Shown piece after piece: positions 49,058 to 59,806 of a stretch of DNA of 64,000 nt (its first letter is position 1; the number at the start of each line of letters is the position of its first letter). Source of the DNA: Candidatus Poribacteria bacterium (GTDB lineage: Bacteria; Poribacteria; WGA-4E; PCPOR2b); NCBI GenBank assembly GCA_965208325.1, contig OZ242326.1, positions 4,224,001 to 4,288,000 on the forward strand. The letters run 5' to 3'. Under the pieces are notes generated by a model. The model was not told the origin of the DNA and ran no database searches. It saw nothing but the letters and a program-made list of their open reading frames with translations. The position numbers were made by a program, and so were the translations under genes.

Positions 49058-49319
49058 AGAACCTGTTTGAATATTAGGCGACAACGCCATTCTTGGGCGT
49101 TCCAGTTAGTATCACTGGTGGAAATTCTATAGCGCGAGCGCGGGATTTACTATCGCCTTTGTAATTTATTCAGCTGATCCCATTCGGTCGCTTGATTCCA
49201 CCAAATACCTTACTCCAGCATTGGGCGGGGCAAGACGCCCCGCCTACGGAGGGTAATAGGGAACTACACACATGCCGCCCTTCTGGGGCTGTATAAAATG
49301 AGTTTTCAAACAGGTTTTT
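49058..49319. mobile_element. Putative MITE carrying REP modules
   Basis: Terminal inverted repeats AACCTGTTTGAA (49060-49071) / TTCAAACAGGTT (49305-49316); no ORF; contains an ACTATCGCC module and a GTAGGCGGGGC REP. Confidence 0.5.
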
Positions 49320-49481
49320 ATTGTTGTGCAATTCGGGTTTCGCACAATCGGGGCGATGATGGTAGTTCCCGGCTAAGCGCAACTGCAAATCTGTTAAATT
49401 CCCACCGGCATTTCCTTGAGCCGCCATCCAAAATAGAAACGCCTACCGCTAGCAGCATGATGCGGCGGCTTCCCCGCCCGT

Positions 49482-50408
49482 TCAATAACCGAGCAGACTG
49501 ATGCCTTCGCGATAGGTTTGAGCGGAGTTTTGCAAATCCTGAAGTTCGTCGTCGGTCAGTTTGATTTCGATGATTTCCTCAACCCCGCCAGCACCTAATT
49601 TAATTGGAACACCGATATACAGGTCGTCGATGCCGTACTGCCCGGTGAGATGAGCCGAGCAGGCTAAGATACGCTTTTTGTCGCGCAAAATCGCTTCTGC
49701 CATTTGAGCGAGGGAGGCGCCCGCGGCATAGTAACCGCTCGTTTTGAGGAGTTGGACGACTTCAGCACCGCCATCGCGCGTGCGTTGCGCAAGCGCTTCA
49801 ATCCGATCCGCGGACATTAGCTGCGTAATTGGTATCCCCGCAACCGTCGTATAACGCGGCAGGGGTACCATGGTATCGCCATGGCCACCCAGCACAAATC
49901 CGGAAATATCTTCGACAGAAACGCCGAGCTCGATTGAGATGAAGTAGTGAAATCGTGCAGAGTCAAGCACACCCGCTTGTCCAACGACACGGTTGGATGG
50001 AAAGCCGGAAACCTGCCACGCATGATAAGTCATGATGTCCAGTGGGTTGGTCAATATTACAATTGTGCAGTTGGGAGAATGTTTCACCGCGTTTTCAGTT
50101 GCGGTTTTGACGATGTTTGCGTTAATATGCAAAAGATCTTCGCGGCTCATGCCCGGCTTACGGGGCGAACCGGAGGTAATGATGACTAGATCTGAACCCG
50201 CGGTCGGTTCGTAATCTAACGACCCCGTTACGTTGGCGTCAAAATTTTCGACGGGCGAGGCTTCTGCCATGTCCAAGCCTTTTCCCTGCGGAAGACCGTC
50301 AACGATATCGACCATGACGACATCGCCGAGCTCCTTCTGGGCGATGAGAAATGCCGCTGTCGCTCCGACATTTCCCGCACCTATAACACTGATTTTCTGT
50401 CTAGACAT
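49482..50408 (-). CDS. mdh: Malate dehydrogenase (LDH-like)
   Basis: IGAGNVG, PRKPGMSREDL, TNPLD, LDSARF, GGHGD. Confidence 0.96.
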   Translation of the reverse strand: MSRQKISVIGAGNVGATAAFLIAQKELGDVVMVDIVDGLPQGKGLDMAEASPVENFDANVTGSLDYEPTAGSDLVIITSGSPRKPGMSREDLLHINANIVKTATENAVKHSPNCTIVILTNPLDIMTYHAWQVSGFPSNRVVGQAGVLDSARFHYFISIELGVSVEDISGFVLGGHGDTMVPLPRYTTVAGIPITQLMSADRIEALAQRTRDGGAEVVQLLKTSGYYAAGASLAQMAEAILRDKKRILACSAHLTGQYGIDDLYIGVPIKLGAGGVEEIIEIKLTDDELQDLQNSAQTYREGISLLGY

Positions 50409-50506
50409 TTGTTACTCCTCTGTTCTGAAGCGTGCTTTTCACCGATGGATGTTCGTGCCGCGGCAATCGAGTCTCGGCGTGCTTTTGCCAGACAACGCCA
50501 ACCGTC

Positions 50507-51757
50507 CTAATTTGAAAAATTCTCGATTATCGCAGATGCGAAGGCGGACGTGCGAATTGATGTCGCGCTATCCATCAACCGCGCGAGGTCATAAGTCACG
50601 CGCTTTTGGATGATTGTCTTTTCAATTCCCTGAATGGCGAGATTTGCGGCTTCCTGCCATCCGATGTGCTCAAGCATCATCACTGCGGAGAGGATGAGCG
50701 AACTCGGATTTACGACATCTTTATCCGTATATTTGGGAGCAGTACCGTGCGTTGCTTCAAAAAGCGCTGCCTCCGCACCGATATTGCCGCCCGGTGCCAT
50801 TCCAATGCCGCCGACTTGGGCTGCACAAGCATCTGAGAGATAATCCCCATTCAGATTCGGTGTAGCGATGACATCGTACTCGTCGGTGCGCGTCAGAATC
50901 TGTTGCAGCATACTATCCGCAATTCGGTCTTTAATAACAACCTTTCCTTCGGGCGCTTGTCCGTTGTGTTGACTGTAGACTTCATCTTCTGTGATTGTTT
51001 CGTGCGGAAATTCTTCGCTGGCGACTTCATATCCCCAATCTCGGAACGCCCCTTCAGTGAATTTCATGATGTTGCCTTTGTGAACCAGGGTGACGCTGCG
51101 GCGGTTGTGTTGGATTGCGTATTGAATTGCCATTCGCACCAAACGCTTGGTACCGAAAATGCTGATGGGCTTAATCCCAATACCTGAATCGGCCCGGACT
51201 TCCGTATCCATCTGCGAACGGAGGAATTCAATGACGTTGCCCGCCTCCGAGGTTCCTTGCGCCCACTCGATTCCGGCGTAGACATCTTCCGTGTTCTCAC
51301 GAAAGATGACAACGTCCATTTTTTCGGGGTGAGTTACAGGCGCGGGCACACCTTGAAAATAGCGTACGGGCCGCACACACGCATACAAATCCAACTTTTG
51401 GCGGAGCGTCACGTTTAAGCTCCGAAAACCACCACCTACTGGTGTAGTCAGGGGACCTTTCAATGCAACGCGGAAATAGTCTATAGCTTTAAAGGTATCC
51501 GCGGGCAACCATTCCCCATATTTCTCATTGGCGATTTCGCCAGCGAAAACATCAAACCATACAAACCGCCTATCACTTCCGTAAGATGCTTCCACGGCAG
51601 CATCAATGACCCGGCGTGTGGCTTTCATGATGTCTCGCCCAATGCCGTCCCCCTCGATTACCGGAGTGATTGGATAATTTGGCACAACTAGCCTGCCATT
51701 TTCTTTTTCAATCCGCTCACCATTCGCCGGTGGTGTGAGATTATCAAATTCGATCAC
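50507..51757 (-). CDS. icd: Isocitrate dehydrogenase (NADP)
   Basis: [49 protein letters not shown]. Confidence 0.97.
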   Translation of the reverse strand: MIEFDNLTPPANGERIEKENGRLVVPNYPITPVIEGDGIGRDIMKATRRVIDAAVEASYGSDRRFVWFDVFAGEIANEKYGEWLPADTFKAIDYFRVALKGPLTTPVGGGFRSLNVTLRQKLDLYACVRPVRYFQGVPAPVTHPEKMDVVIFRENTEDVYAGIEWAQGTSEAGNVIEFLRSQMDTEVRADSGIGIKPISIFGTKRLVRMAIQYAIQHNRRSVTLVHKGNIMKFTEGAFRDWGYEVASEEFPHETITEDEVYSQHNGQAPEGKVVIKDRIADSMLQQILTRTDEYDVIATPNLNGDYLSDACAAQVGGIGMAPGGNIGAEAALFEATHGTAPKYTDKDVVNPSSLILSAVMMLEHIGWQEAANLAIQGIEKTIIQKRVTYDLARLMDSATSIRTSAFASAIIENFSN

Positions 51758-51843
51758 TTGTCCTCCTCATTTTACGTGTTTTTGAACGTAGAGAAATTTT
51801 GTACAAGATGATTTCAGTGTTCACTTAAGAAAAGCGGCGCTTA

Positions 51844-53421
51844 TCATTGCGGCGCGAACGCATCTCCGTGAGCCAGCCGGTTATGTATGGCGGCGACTAC
51901 ATCGGGCACCGTTGTATCTTCGCCAGGTGTAGGAATAACGCTAGGGTCGGGCGGAATGACGGGACGTATAATTCTCTGCTGCAGTTGTTCTCTGGCGTCC
52001 ATCATCCATCCGAACCCCCTAAATATGTAAGTCAAAAGCGTTCTGTCTTCTTCTTCGATTCCCATACCTTCTTGGACAGACCATCCGCCGAAATCGGTGT
52101 TTGGCGTTAGGCGGAGCGGCGGACTGTTTTCTCTCCCGGGCTTAATGACGCCTTCCACGAAAGCTATTTGATAAATTCGTTGAATCATGTTGAGTCTTTC
52201 TCTCTGGTGTGCGTTCAGTACAATCTGCCCGTTATCAATTGCATGGAAGAAGGATTCAAGGTATATTGCCGCACGTGGATCCTGTTGGATTTCGTTTGAT
52301 CTGCCAGCGGCAGCAATTTCCGGGTGTCCGAACGTTGGTAGTCCACCGCCCAGCAATCTGGTCTTGATGAATTCTTCGCGTTCGTCCGGTGGCACATGTT
52401 CTAGTTCGTTAATGAAATGGGTCATGTCGTGAATGGCGCCAAAATGCCGGGCGCCGTCCAGGGTAATATGGGCTGCAGTCAAAAAATCGGATACGTGTTC
52501 TGTATGCAGTGTTGCAGCGTACCGTGCTACCATGTTAGATCCGGCAGAGCCGTGGTGCGTTTGAATCAACCCCATCTTCTCCAAGATTGTACTTTCAGTG
52601 TCGTTAGCGTGATGACCGATGAGCAGGCTATAAGCCACCTGGAAAGCGGATTTACCTGAATTTTCCTCCTGTGAAATAAAGTCGTCCACCTGTTGCGCGA
52701 GTGCTTGCGCCGCTAGCCCCGTGTTCTGCCTCAGGAGACGGCGCATGTAGACGGACATTGCCCCTATCGCAACATTTTCCATATGTGTGCTTATCATCTC
52801 GACTAGCAACGTGCTGGGATGCCGGTCATCGTCCACCCCGCGATCTGGCAATCGGTTTTTGGTGATATGTGCTTTTCTAAGCGTCGAAAAATATTGAATC
52901 ACTACCTCGGGACCTGAAGTTGAAAATGTTTTCACAAATTCTGCGAGCTGATTGATTAACGGGCTCTGCCCCGATACACTATCTCGGGTCACCCTTCTCG
53001 ATCTGTAGAACTTCCGATCGATGAGTGTTTGAAGCATGGCTTCTTCGTCCAAACCGTCCTCAATTATTTCGGGTTTTCGACCGAATAAGCCAACGAAAAT
53101 CAGGTGGGCAGGGCTAATACTACCGGCGACAATTTCTCCTTCCTGTAGGACGCCGCGAATTCCGAAACTTCGGATATTCAATATCATTTCCGCCCCATCG
53201 CAAGCAACGGGTGTTTGATACAAGACTGGATTCGCGAACACCATGGTTGATTGCGGCATTGAGTTAAAATTCCTTAGACTTCCGCCGATACCCTTTTCGC
53301 CCAATTTCGCGGCTTTTTGAATCGCATCCGTCACAGGGCCGTACGCAGAGGACTTAGGGTTCTCTGTAAGTGTCCTCCGTATTGATGCTGCGGTTTCCGT
53401 CCATATTCTCTTTTCTTCCAT
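51844..53421 (-). CDS. Divergent citrate synthase-family protein
   Basis: RHFGA, TFGH...DPRA, PNTDF, RGFGW and IIRP match citrate synthase catalytic motifs; first gene of the icd-mdh run. Confidence 0.75.
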   Translation of the reverse strand: MEEKRIWTETAASIRRTLTENPKSSAYGPVTDAIQKAAKLGEKGIGGSLRNFNSMPQSTMVFANPVLYQTPVACDGAEMILNIRSFGIRGVLQEGEIVAGSISPAHLIFVGLFGRKPEIIEDGLDEEAMLQTLIDRKFYRSRRVTRDSVSGQSPLINQLAEFVKTFSTSGPEVVIQYFSTLRKAHITKNRLPDRGVDDDRHPSTLLVEMISTHMENVAIGAMSVYMRRLLRQNTGLAAQALAQQVDDFISQEENSGKSAFQVAYSLLIGHHANDTESTILEKMGLIQTHHGSAGSNMVARYAATLHTEHVSDFLTAAHITLDGARHFGAIHDMTHFINELEHVPPDEREEFIKTRLLGGGLPTFGHPEIAAAGRSNEIQQDPRAAIYLESFFHAIDNGQIVLNAHQRERLNMIQRIYQIAFVEGVIKPGRENSPPLRLTPNTDFGGWSVQEGMGIEEEDRTLLTYIFRGFGWMMDAREQLQQRIIRPVIPPDPSVIPTPGEDTTVPDVVAAIHNRLAHGDAFAPQ

Positions 53422-54186
53422 ATATCATCTCCTTAAAGCCTCATTGATTTTGAGTGCGTGTGTATTCTCGCCAATCTCCGATGCTGCGAAACCCTCGCCT
53501 GATACATTTCGTAGAAAAATATCCGTTCATTTGAAGAATCGTGCGTTTTTAATAACGCTATGTTGTGTTATCCAAAATTCCATACCTGCCATGATACCTT
53601 TCGGTGTTTAGCCGAGGATTCACTGCAAAAAGGATTCGTATTTTGGGAAAGGAAAAAGGCGAAAGGGGATGGTGAATAAGGAAAACAACCGGAGGTCCTC
53701 CACTTTCCCCTGCCCAATGGCGCAATACGGGGCGAGTGCCTATCGAAGGGAATCATACAAAACATTGCAATTTGGAGTGTGAAACATTAAAAACATAGGG
53801 AAGAGAGGGCCGGCGAAATCAGATTGACCGCAATATCGGAACGCCAATCCTTTATCTCAATGTTAACCCCAAAACCTGAGCGATTCCAGCGTCTTTAAAA
53901 TCAATTGTATTTTAGCAAAGGCAACTTTGAAAGTCAAGGTAAAACAGGGAGAAAAGGGATATCATCATTTATCCAACTCAGGGGGATTGGCGGCTTCTTC
54001 CGGCGTGAATTTGACTGTGCGGTTTTTCAATGGTTTCGACAGGATAGGAATGGACATCATTTAGGGCGGATTTTGCTGTTCCTGCCTATTAGGCGAGCGT
54101 TGATTTGATAGGATACGTTGAATTCTAAACACATGGTATTAACACGCAAGCAATTGCCGATTGATGTGCTTTGTGTTGGTTTCATG

Positions 54187-54220
54187 AAAAAAGCCGGCAA
54201 CATCAATTGATTACCGGCTT
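54187..54220 (-). terminator. Terminator after gltB
   Basis: AAGCCGG/CCGGCTT stem with an A run on +. Confidence 0.6.
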
Positions 54221-54262
54221 CAGCAAGTCGTCATGGGGCGGCGGCCACAACATTTCTGGCGG

Positions 54263-57200
54263 CTACAAGGGAGAAACCTTCCGGAAAATCGGCAAGTAAT
54301 GATCCCAGTTAGATAAGATTTCTTTAGCCCGGGCACTGCCGGTAAGTTCCGCGTGATGCTCAATTTCGGCCAATATCAGTGTGATATCTTTGTTGTCATT
54401 CACTGGTTCTAATTTTACGGATTGTGAATTATAATTTTTGGAGAGGTGCTGCTCTTCGTCAAGGACATAAGCAGTTCCGCCTGTCATTCCTGCTCCAAGG
54501 TTGCGGCCGGTCTCGCCGAGGATGACAACCATTCCCCCGGTCATGTATTCGCAGGCGTGGTCGCCGACGCCCTCTACTACGGCGTTACCGCCGCTGTTAC
54601 GGACGCAGAACCGTTCTCCCGCCCGACCGGCGGCATAGAGTGAGCCGCTTGTGGCGCCATACATTACGGTGTTACCGATTATGACATTCTCATGGGAACG
54701 GAATTGGGCGTTTGCCGGCGGCTTAATGATTAGCTCCGCACCGGCCATACCTTTGCCGACATAGTCGTTGGCTTCACCAATTAGGATGAGGCGCATACCT
54801 TTGATGCAAAATGCGCCAAAACTCTGACCTGCACTGCCTCGGAAATGGCACTCAATAGTCCCGTCAGGCAGGCCTTGATCGCCATATCGGAATGCAATTT
54901 CACCTGCTACAGTTGCCCCGACTGTTCGGTGAATGTTGCGAATCTCATAAGAGAGGTTAATGGGATTTTCCCCTGTCAAAGCGTCTTTGGCGTCCTGTAA
55001 AATTATATCGTCGAGATGTGAATCTTCTAGCCGATTATTGCGTTCCCGCATGCGGCGGCGCGGCCGGTTTCCGGTCGGATCGCATTGTGCTAGAATAGGG
55101 CTTAGGTTGAGGGACGCTGCTTTCGGATGTTCGGACAAGTCTTCTTGCTCTAGGAGCTCCGGACACCCTGTCACATCGTTTAAGCTGCGGAAGCCGAGTT
55201 GGGAAAGGATTTCCCGCACTTCTTGGGCGACGCCTACCATAAAGTTAATCACCATCTCGGGTGTGCCGCGAAATTTTGCCCGGAGCGCAGGGTCTTGTGT
55301 AGCGACGCCTACTGGGCACGTGTTAAGGTGGCATTGACGCGCGACAATACACCCGGTTGCGACCATGGCTGTTGTGCCGAATCCGAATTCTTCAGCGCCG
55401 AGCATTGCCGCAACGACTACATCGCGTCCGGTACGGAAACCGCCGTCTACCCGGACTACGACCCGTCCCCTAAGGTCGTTGCGCACGAGTGTTTCTTGAG
55501 TTTCTGCGAGTCCAAGTTCCCATGGGACACCCGCGTTCTTAATTGAACTGAGCGGCGAAGCGCCCGTTCCCCCTTCGTGGCCGCTAATCTGTATGACATC
55601 AGCGTATCCTTTGGCGACCCCGGCGGCAATTGTCCCCACACCGGCCTCCGACACTAGCTTTACGGCTATTTTGGCGCGCGGATTGGCGTGCTTGAGGTCG
55701 TAAATGAGTTGTGCGAGATCTTCTATCGAGTAGATGTCGTGATGCGGCGGCGGAGAAATCAGGGGTATCCCCGGCGTAGAATGCCGAATGGCAGCGATTT
55801 CTGTCGTGACTTTGTGTCCAGGAATCTGACCGCCTTCACCGGGTTTGGACCCCTGTGCCATCTTAATCTCTAATTCTTTAGCTGAAGTCAGATATTCGGG
55901 CGTGACTCCAAACCGTCCTGAAGCCACCTGCTTGATTGCGCTGGAAGCTAAATCTCCGTTTGAACGGCGATGGTACCTCGCCGGATCTTCCCCTCCCTCG
56001 CCGCTGCCTGACTTTGCGCCGATTCTGTTCATGCCGATGGCAATAGTCTCATGCGCTTCTCGGCTTAGGGCGCCGAAGGACATACTTCCAGTTGAAAAAC
56101 GCTGAATAATCAATTCGATAGGCTCAACCTCTTCAATGGGAATGGGTTTCCCTGCCTTGAAAGATAGTAGTTCACGAAGACTTGATTGCTCACCCTTCTC
56201 TACAGCTTCAGCGTATGTTTTGTAGTCTTCGTAGTCGCCGCTCTTGGCTAGCCGATGGAGCGACTTAAAGACCGAAGGGTTAAATGCATGAAATTCTCCC
56301 GTTCTGCGGAAGCGAAAGTCGCCGGATTCTTCAAGCGCGTCTTTGCTATCCAGACCGAAAGCTTTCGTGTGGAAATGGAGTACTTCCATGGCGATGTCTG
56401 TGAAGCCGATGCCGCCCAATGGCGATGCAGTGCCAGTGAAACAGGTGTCGATGACGGTATTGTTTAGGCCGATTGCTTGAAAGATTTGTGCACCGCGGTA
56501 GCTCGACACCGTCGAGATTCCCATCTTCGACATAATCTTGAGGATGCCTTTCTCGACCGTTTGGCGGTAATTGACCAGTGCGTTCTCCGACGGGATGCCT
56601 TCAATTTCACCCGTGTTCACAAGATGAGCAATTGTTTCGAAAGCCACGTAGGGAAATATTGCGTTCGCGCCGTAACCTAGCAAAAGGGCGTAGTGATGTT
56701 CCTCTCGCGGTTCTCCGGTTTCCACGACCACACTGACCTGCATCCGCTTGCCTTCGCGAATAAGGTGATGATGGACTGCTCCGACCGCCAGGAGCATAGG
56801 AATAGGTGCATGTTCGGCGTTCACGTCGCGGTCGCTCAATATCAGGATCGTGATCCCGGTATCAACGGCAGCCGCGGCTGATTGACACAACTCCGTAAGT
56901 GTCTTCTCCAGCCCTTCCTTTCCGTTCGCGACTGGGAAGAGCGTGGAAAGTGTCGCGGCTTGGAAGTCGGACGCGTCAAAGTCTTTTAGCCACTGCAACT
57001 GCTCACGCGTCAGGATAGGGGAGGACAATTGAATTAACCGGGCGTGCGCTTCAGTCTCCTCAAGTAAACTCCGCCGCCGCCCTAGATAGGTTGAGAGCGA
57101 CATGACGAGCCGCTCGCGGAGGGAATCAATCGGCGGGTTCGTGACTTGAGCAAACAGCTGTTTGAAATAGCTGTAAAGCAGGCGAGACTTTCGAGAAATT

Positions 57201-58708
57201 ACTGCAGGCGGTGTGTCATCTCCTAGGGAGCCGACCGCTTCCTTAACTTCGATAACCATCGGTATCAAAAAGCGCTTCACATCTTCAATGGCATATCCGA
57301 ATGCCTTTTGTTGGCGAAGGAGCGTTTCGGGCTCTTCAGCGGCTGTCTCACGATCATGGTTCTCAATAGACTCTGGCTTTATCAGATTACGAGATACCCA
57401 TTCCGCGTACGGTTTTTTCCGGGCGACCGCCATTTTAATCTCCGCATCCTTCAGAAGCCTGCCCTGTGCCGTATCTACGGCAATCATCTGTCCGGGACCG
57501 AGACGCCCTTTTTCTATCACGCGGCTATCATCAAGCTCTATTAGCCCGACTTCCGACCCCATTATAACGATGCCGTCTTCGGTCACTTTGTACCGCGCCG
57601 GGCGCAACCCGTTGCGATCTAAAGCGGCGCCGACTATCACTCCGTTACTGAACGCTACGGACGCGGGGCCGTCCCACGGTTCGCTGAGGCAAGATAGGTA
57701 TTCGTAACAGCCGCGCAGCGTTTCATCTATTCCGGGCATGTTCTCGTAAGAGTCCGGAATAAGACACATCATGGCATGAAGGGGATTTCGTCCGGAGAGT
57801 GCCAAGAGTTCTAAGGCATTGTCAAGGCTCATGGAATCACTGCCGTCGGGATCGATAATTGGTTTGAGCTTTTCCAATAGATTGCCCCAAATCGGGGAGC
57901 GAAGTTCCGATTCTCGAGCACGCATCCAATTTCGATTTCCTAGCAGCGTGTTAATCTCCCCATTGTGGCCAAGCATGCGGAAAGGCTGTGCTAGAAACCA
58001 GTCAGGGAAAGTGTTGGTGCTGTAACGTTGGTGAAAAAGCGCCAGCGCTGTTTCATATTCGGGGTCGCGCAAATCGTGGTAAAACCGATCGAGTTGAGGC
58101 GCAACAAACAACCCCTTGTAGACAATGGTGCGGTGCGAGAACGACGGGATATAAAAATCTTGAATCCCCTTGTTCGCTACATGATGTTCGATTTCTTTGC
58201 GTACCAGATACAGGCGTTGTTCGAACATCTCATCCGTGAAGCTACTGGGGCGGCCGACCAAGATTTGTTGAATCTCTGGCATGGTTGTTAAGGCTTTTTC
58301 GCCGAGTATTGATGCGTCTATCGGCACAGGACGCCAACCCAATAGGGGAAATTCATAGTAGGACAACAATTCCTCAATCACGGTACGGCAACGTTCTTGA
58401 GCGGCAGGGTCATGGCGTGGCAAGAAAATCATACCGACGGCCAAGTCGCTGCTAGATGAAAGATGTACGCCGAGTTTTTCTGCTTCTCTCCAGAAAAGTT
58501 TTTCCGGTATTTGCGTCAGGACTCCGGCACCATCGCCAGTCTTGGCATCAGCGTCAACCGCGCCGCGGTGGGTAAGATTTATGACTGATTGAATCGCTAG
58601 TTTGAGGATTTCGCGGCTGCGGTTGCCTGAGATTTCAGCGACAAATCCAACGCCGCAGGAATCGTGCTCAAACCGCGGATGGTACAACCCATTATAAGTA
58701 TCTCTCAT
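54263..58708 (-). CDS. gltB: Glutamate synthase large subunit
   Basis: EHDSCGVGF, HQRYSTNT, EIKMAQGSKPGEGG, CIVARQCHLNTCPVG, GXGXG C-terminal domain. Confidence 0.98.
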   Translation of the reverse strand: MRDTYNGLYHPRFEHDSCGVGFVAEISGNRSREILKLAIQSVINLTHRGAVDADAKTGDGAGVLTQIPEKLFWREAEKLGVHLSSSSDLAVGMIFLPRHDPAAQERCRTVIEELLSYYEFPLLGWRPVPIDASILGEKALTTMPEIQQILVGRPSSFTDEMFEQRLYLVRKEIEHHVANKGIQDFYIPSFSHRTIVYKGLFVAPQLDRFYHDLRDPEYETALALFHQRYSTNTFPDWFLAQPFRMLGHNGEINTLLGNRNWMRARESELRSPIWGNLLEKLKPIIDPDGSDSMSLDNALELLALSGRNPLHAMMCLIPDSYENMPGIDETLRGCYEYLSCLSEPWDGPASVAFSNGVIVGAALDRNGLRPARYKVTEDGIVIMGSEVGLIELDDSRVIEKGRLGPGQMIAVDTAQGRLLKDAEIKMAVARKKPYAEWVSRNLIKPESIENHDRETAAEEPETLLRQQKAFGYAIEDVKRFLIPMVIEVKEAVGSLGDDTPPAVISRKSRLLYSYFKQLFAQVTNPPIDSLRERLVMSLSTYLGRRRSLLEETEAHARLIQLSSPILTREQLQWLKDFDASDFQAATLSTLFPVANGKEGLEKTLTELCQSAAAAVDTGITILILSDRDVNAEHAPIPMLLAVGAVHHHLIREGKRMQVSVVVETGEPREEHHYALLLGYGANAIFPYVAFETIAHLVNTGEIEGIPSENALVNYRQTVEKGILKIMSKMGISTVSSYRGAQIFQAIGLNNTVIDTCFTGTASPLGGIGFTDIAMEVLHFHTKAFGLDSKDALEESGDFRFRRTGEFHAFNPSVFKSLHRLAKSGDYEDYKTYAEAVEKGEQSSLRELLSFKAGKPIPIEEVEPIELIIQRFSTGSMSFGALSREAHETIAIGMNRIGAKSGSGEGGEDPARYHRRSNGDLASSAIKQVASGRFGVTPEYLTSAKELEIKMAQGSKPGEGGQIPGHKVTTEIAAIRHSTPGIPLISPPPHHDIYSIEDLAQLIYDLKHANPRAKIAVKLVSEAGVGTIAAGVAKGYADVIQISGHEGGTGASPLSSIKNAGVPWELGLAETQETLVRNDLRGRVVVRVDGGFRTGRDVVVAAMLGAEEFGFGTTAMVATGCIVARQCHLNTCPVGVATQDPALRAKFRGTPEMVINFMVGVAQEVREILSQLGFRSLNDVTGCPELLEQEDLSEHPKAASLNLSPILAQCDPTGNRPRRRMRERNNRLEDSHLDDIILQDAKDALTGENPINLSYEIRNIHRTVGATVAGEIAFRYGDQGLPDGTIECHFRGSAGQSFGAFCIKGMRLILIGEANDYVGKGMAGAELIIKPPANAQFRSHENVIIGNTVMYGATSGSLYAAGRAGERFCVRNSGGNAVVEGVGDHACEYMTGGMVVILGETGRNLGAGMTGGTAYVLDEEQHLSKNYNSQSVKLEPVNDNKDITLILAEIEHHAELTGSARAKEILSNWDHYLPIFRKVSPL

Positions 58709-58944
58709 CCAACACCGCCTATTTTACCGGATCCAGTTTCATGTTGGAACGTTCTCGCTGCTAGTGATTCGAAAGCTGCCCAATGTTTTATCTGTAGCAT
58801 GTGTATTAATTGATGGCTCTTAATCTGTTAAGTAGATGAAGGTTTTGTGAGGCAATTGCTATTATCCCTTCTGCTTAATGCCGAGTATAAATTACCAATG
58901 TCCGATTATGCTGAAAAAGGGTATCTAAAATTAACTGTTTTTTC

Positions 58945-59039
58945 GCATGCCATTCTGAGCCGCAAGGAAGAACCGTGGAAATCAAAGATTCTTCGCAAAT
59001 TTAATCCCAATCCTTGAGTTGAGGCTCAGGATGGCATGC
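58945..59039. repeat. 95-bp palindromic element
   Basis: 17-bp inverted repeats (1 mismatch) GCATGCCATTCTGAGCC / GGCTCAGGATGGCATGC with an inner GAAGAA/TTCTTC pair. Confidence 0.65.
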
Positions 59040-59569
59040 CTATACGCATGCCGATTAAACCCAGAATTGGACTTCGGCACCGTTAATTTAATCTTGAGCT
59101 AAGGGAACCGCATGTCTCACAATCCCCTGGGGGAAGTGTTTCCTGCGGTGCATGAAGGCTAGGGCGAAAGGGGAGTCCATCTCGCAGGAAGGGAAGACCA
59201 TCTTTCGGGGATACTGCAAACTAATCACTGATTCTTGTTTTCGTGGAATTATCGCATACATACAATTTAAAATGATACATCAGATCGAAACTGTTGTCAA
59301 GAAAATTCAGTTACGGCAGATTTTGGATCCAGCGTATTAAACACGGCGGCCATTCCGGCGGTTTGGCATTTTTGCCATTCCACCGGATACCTCAAACCCG
59401 CTCCATGGGGTTTCTCGCTGCTGCCGTTCGGCGATTCGTGTTAACATTTATAATTATCAAATGGGCATCATGTTACTGCACGAAATCGGTGCGGTTGTGC
59501 CACTATATCACAATTTGATGGCGAGATCAACGAAAAATGCTAGGGCGTGATTGCTAATTCCTTTTTGGT

Positions 59570-59599
59570 TTGACAGGAAGCGTGGTTAGGTGATAAGAT
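59570..59599 (+). promoter_or_regulatory. sigma70-type promoter
   Basis: TTGACA-N18-TAAGAT with TG extension. Confidence 0.5.
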
Positions 59600-59806
59600 A
59601 ATACTTTATATCTGAAATTGGTTTTTTCAATTTTAATGTGAAATCGTACGGAACGCCTGTTAGCTGCTGCAACTGCCGCAGTGCTGGGGGATGAACATTA
59701 GCGTGTAACGCACGGTTGATATGTCCGAGGCGAAGAATTTCATTCATTAGCAATCATCTGATTCGCAACACGAAACATTGAGCACAAGCGATTTGGAGGA
59801 TACGAA

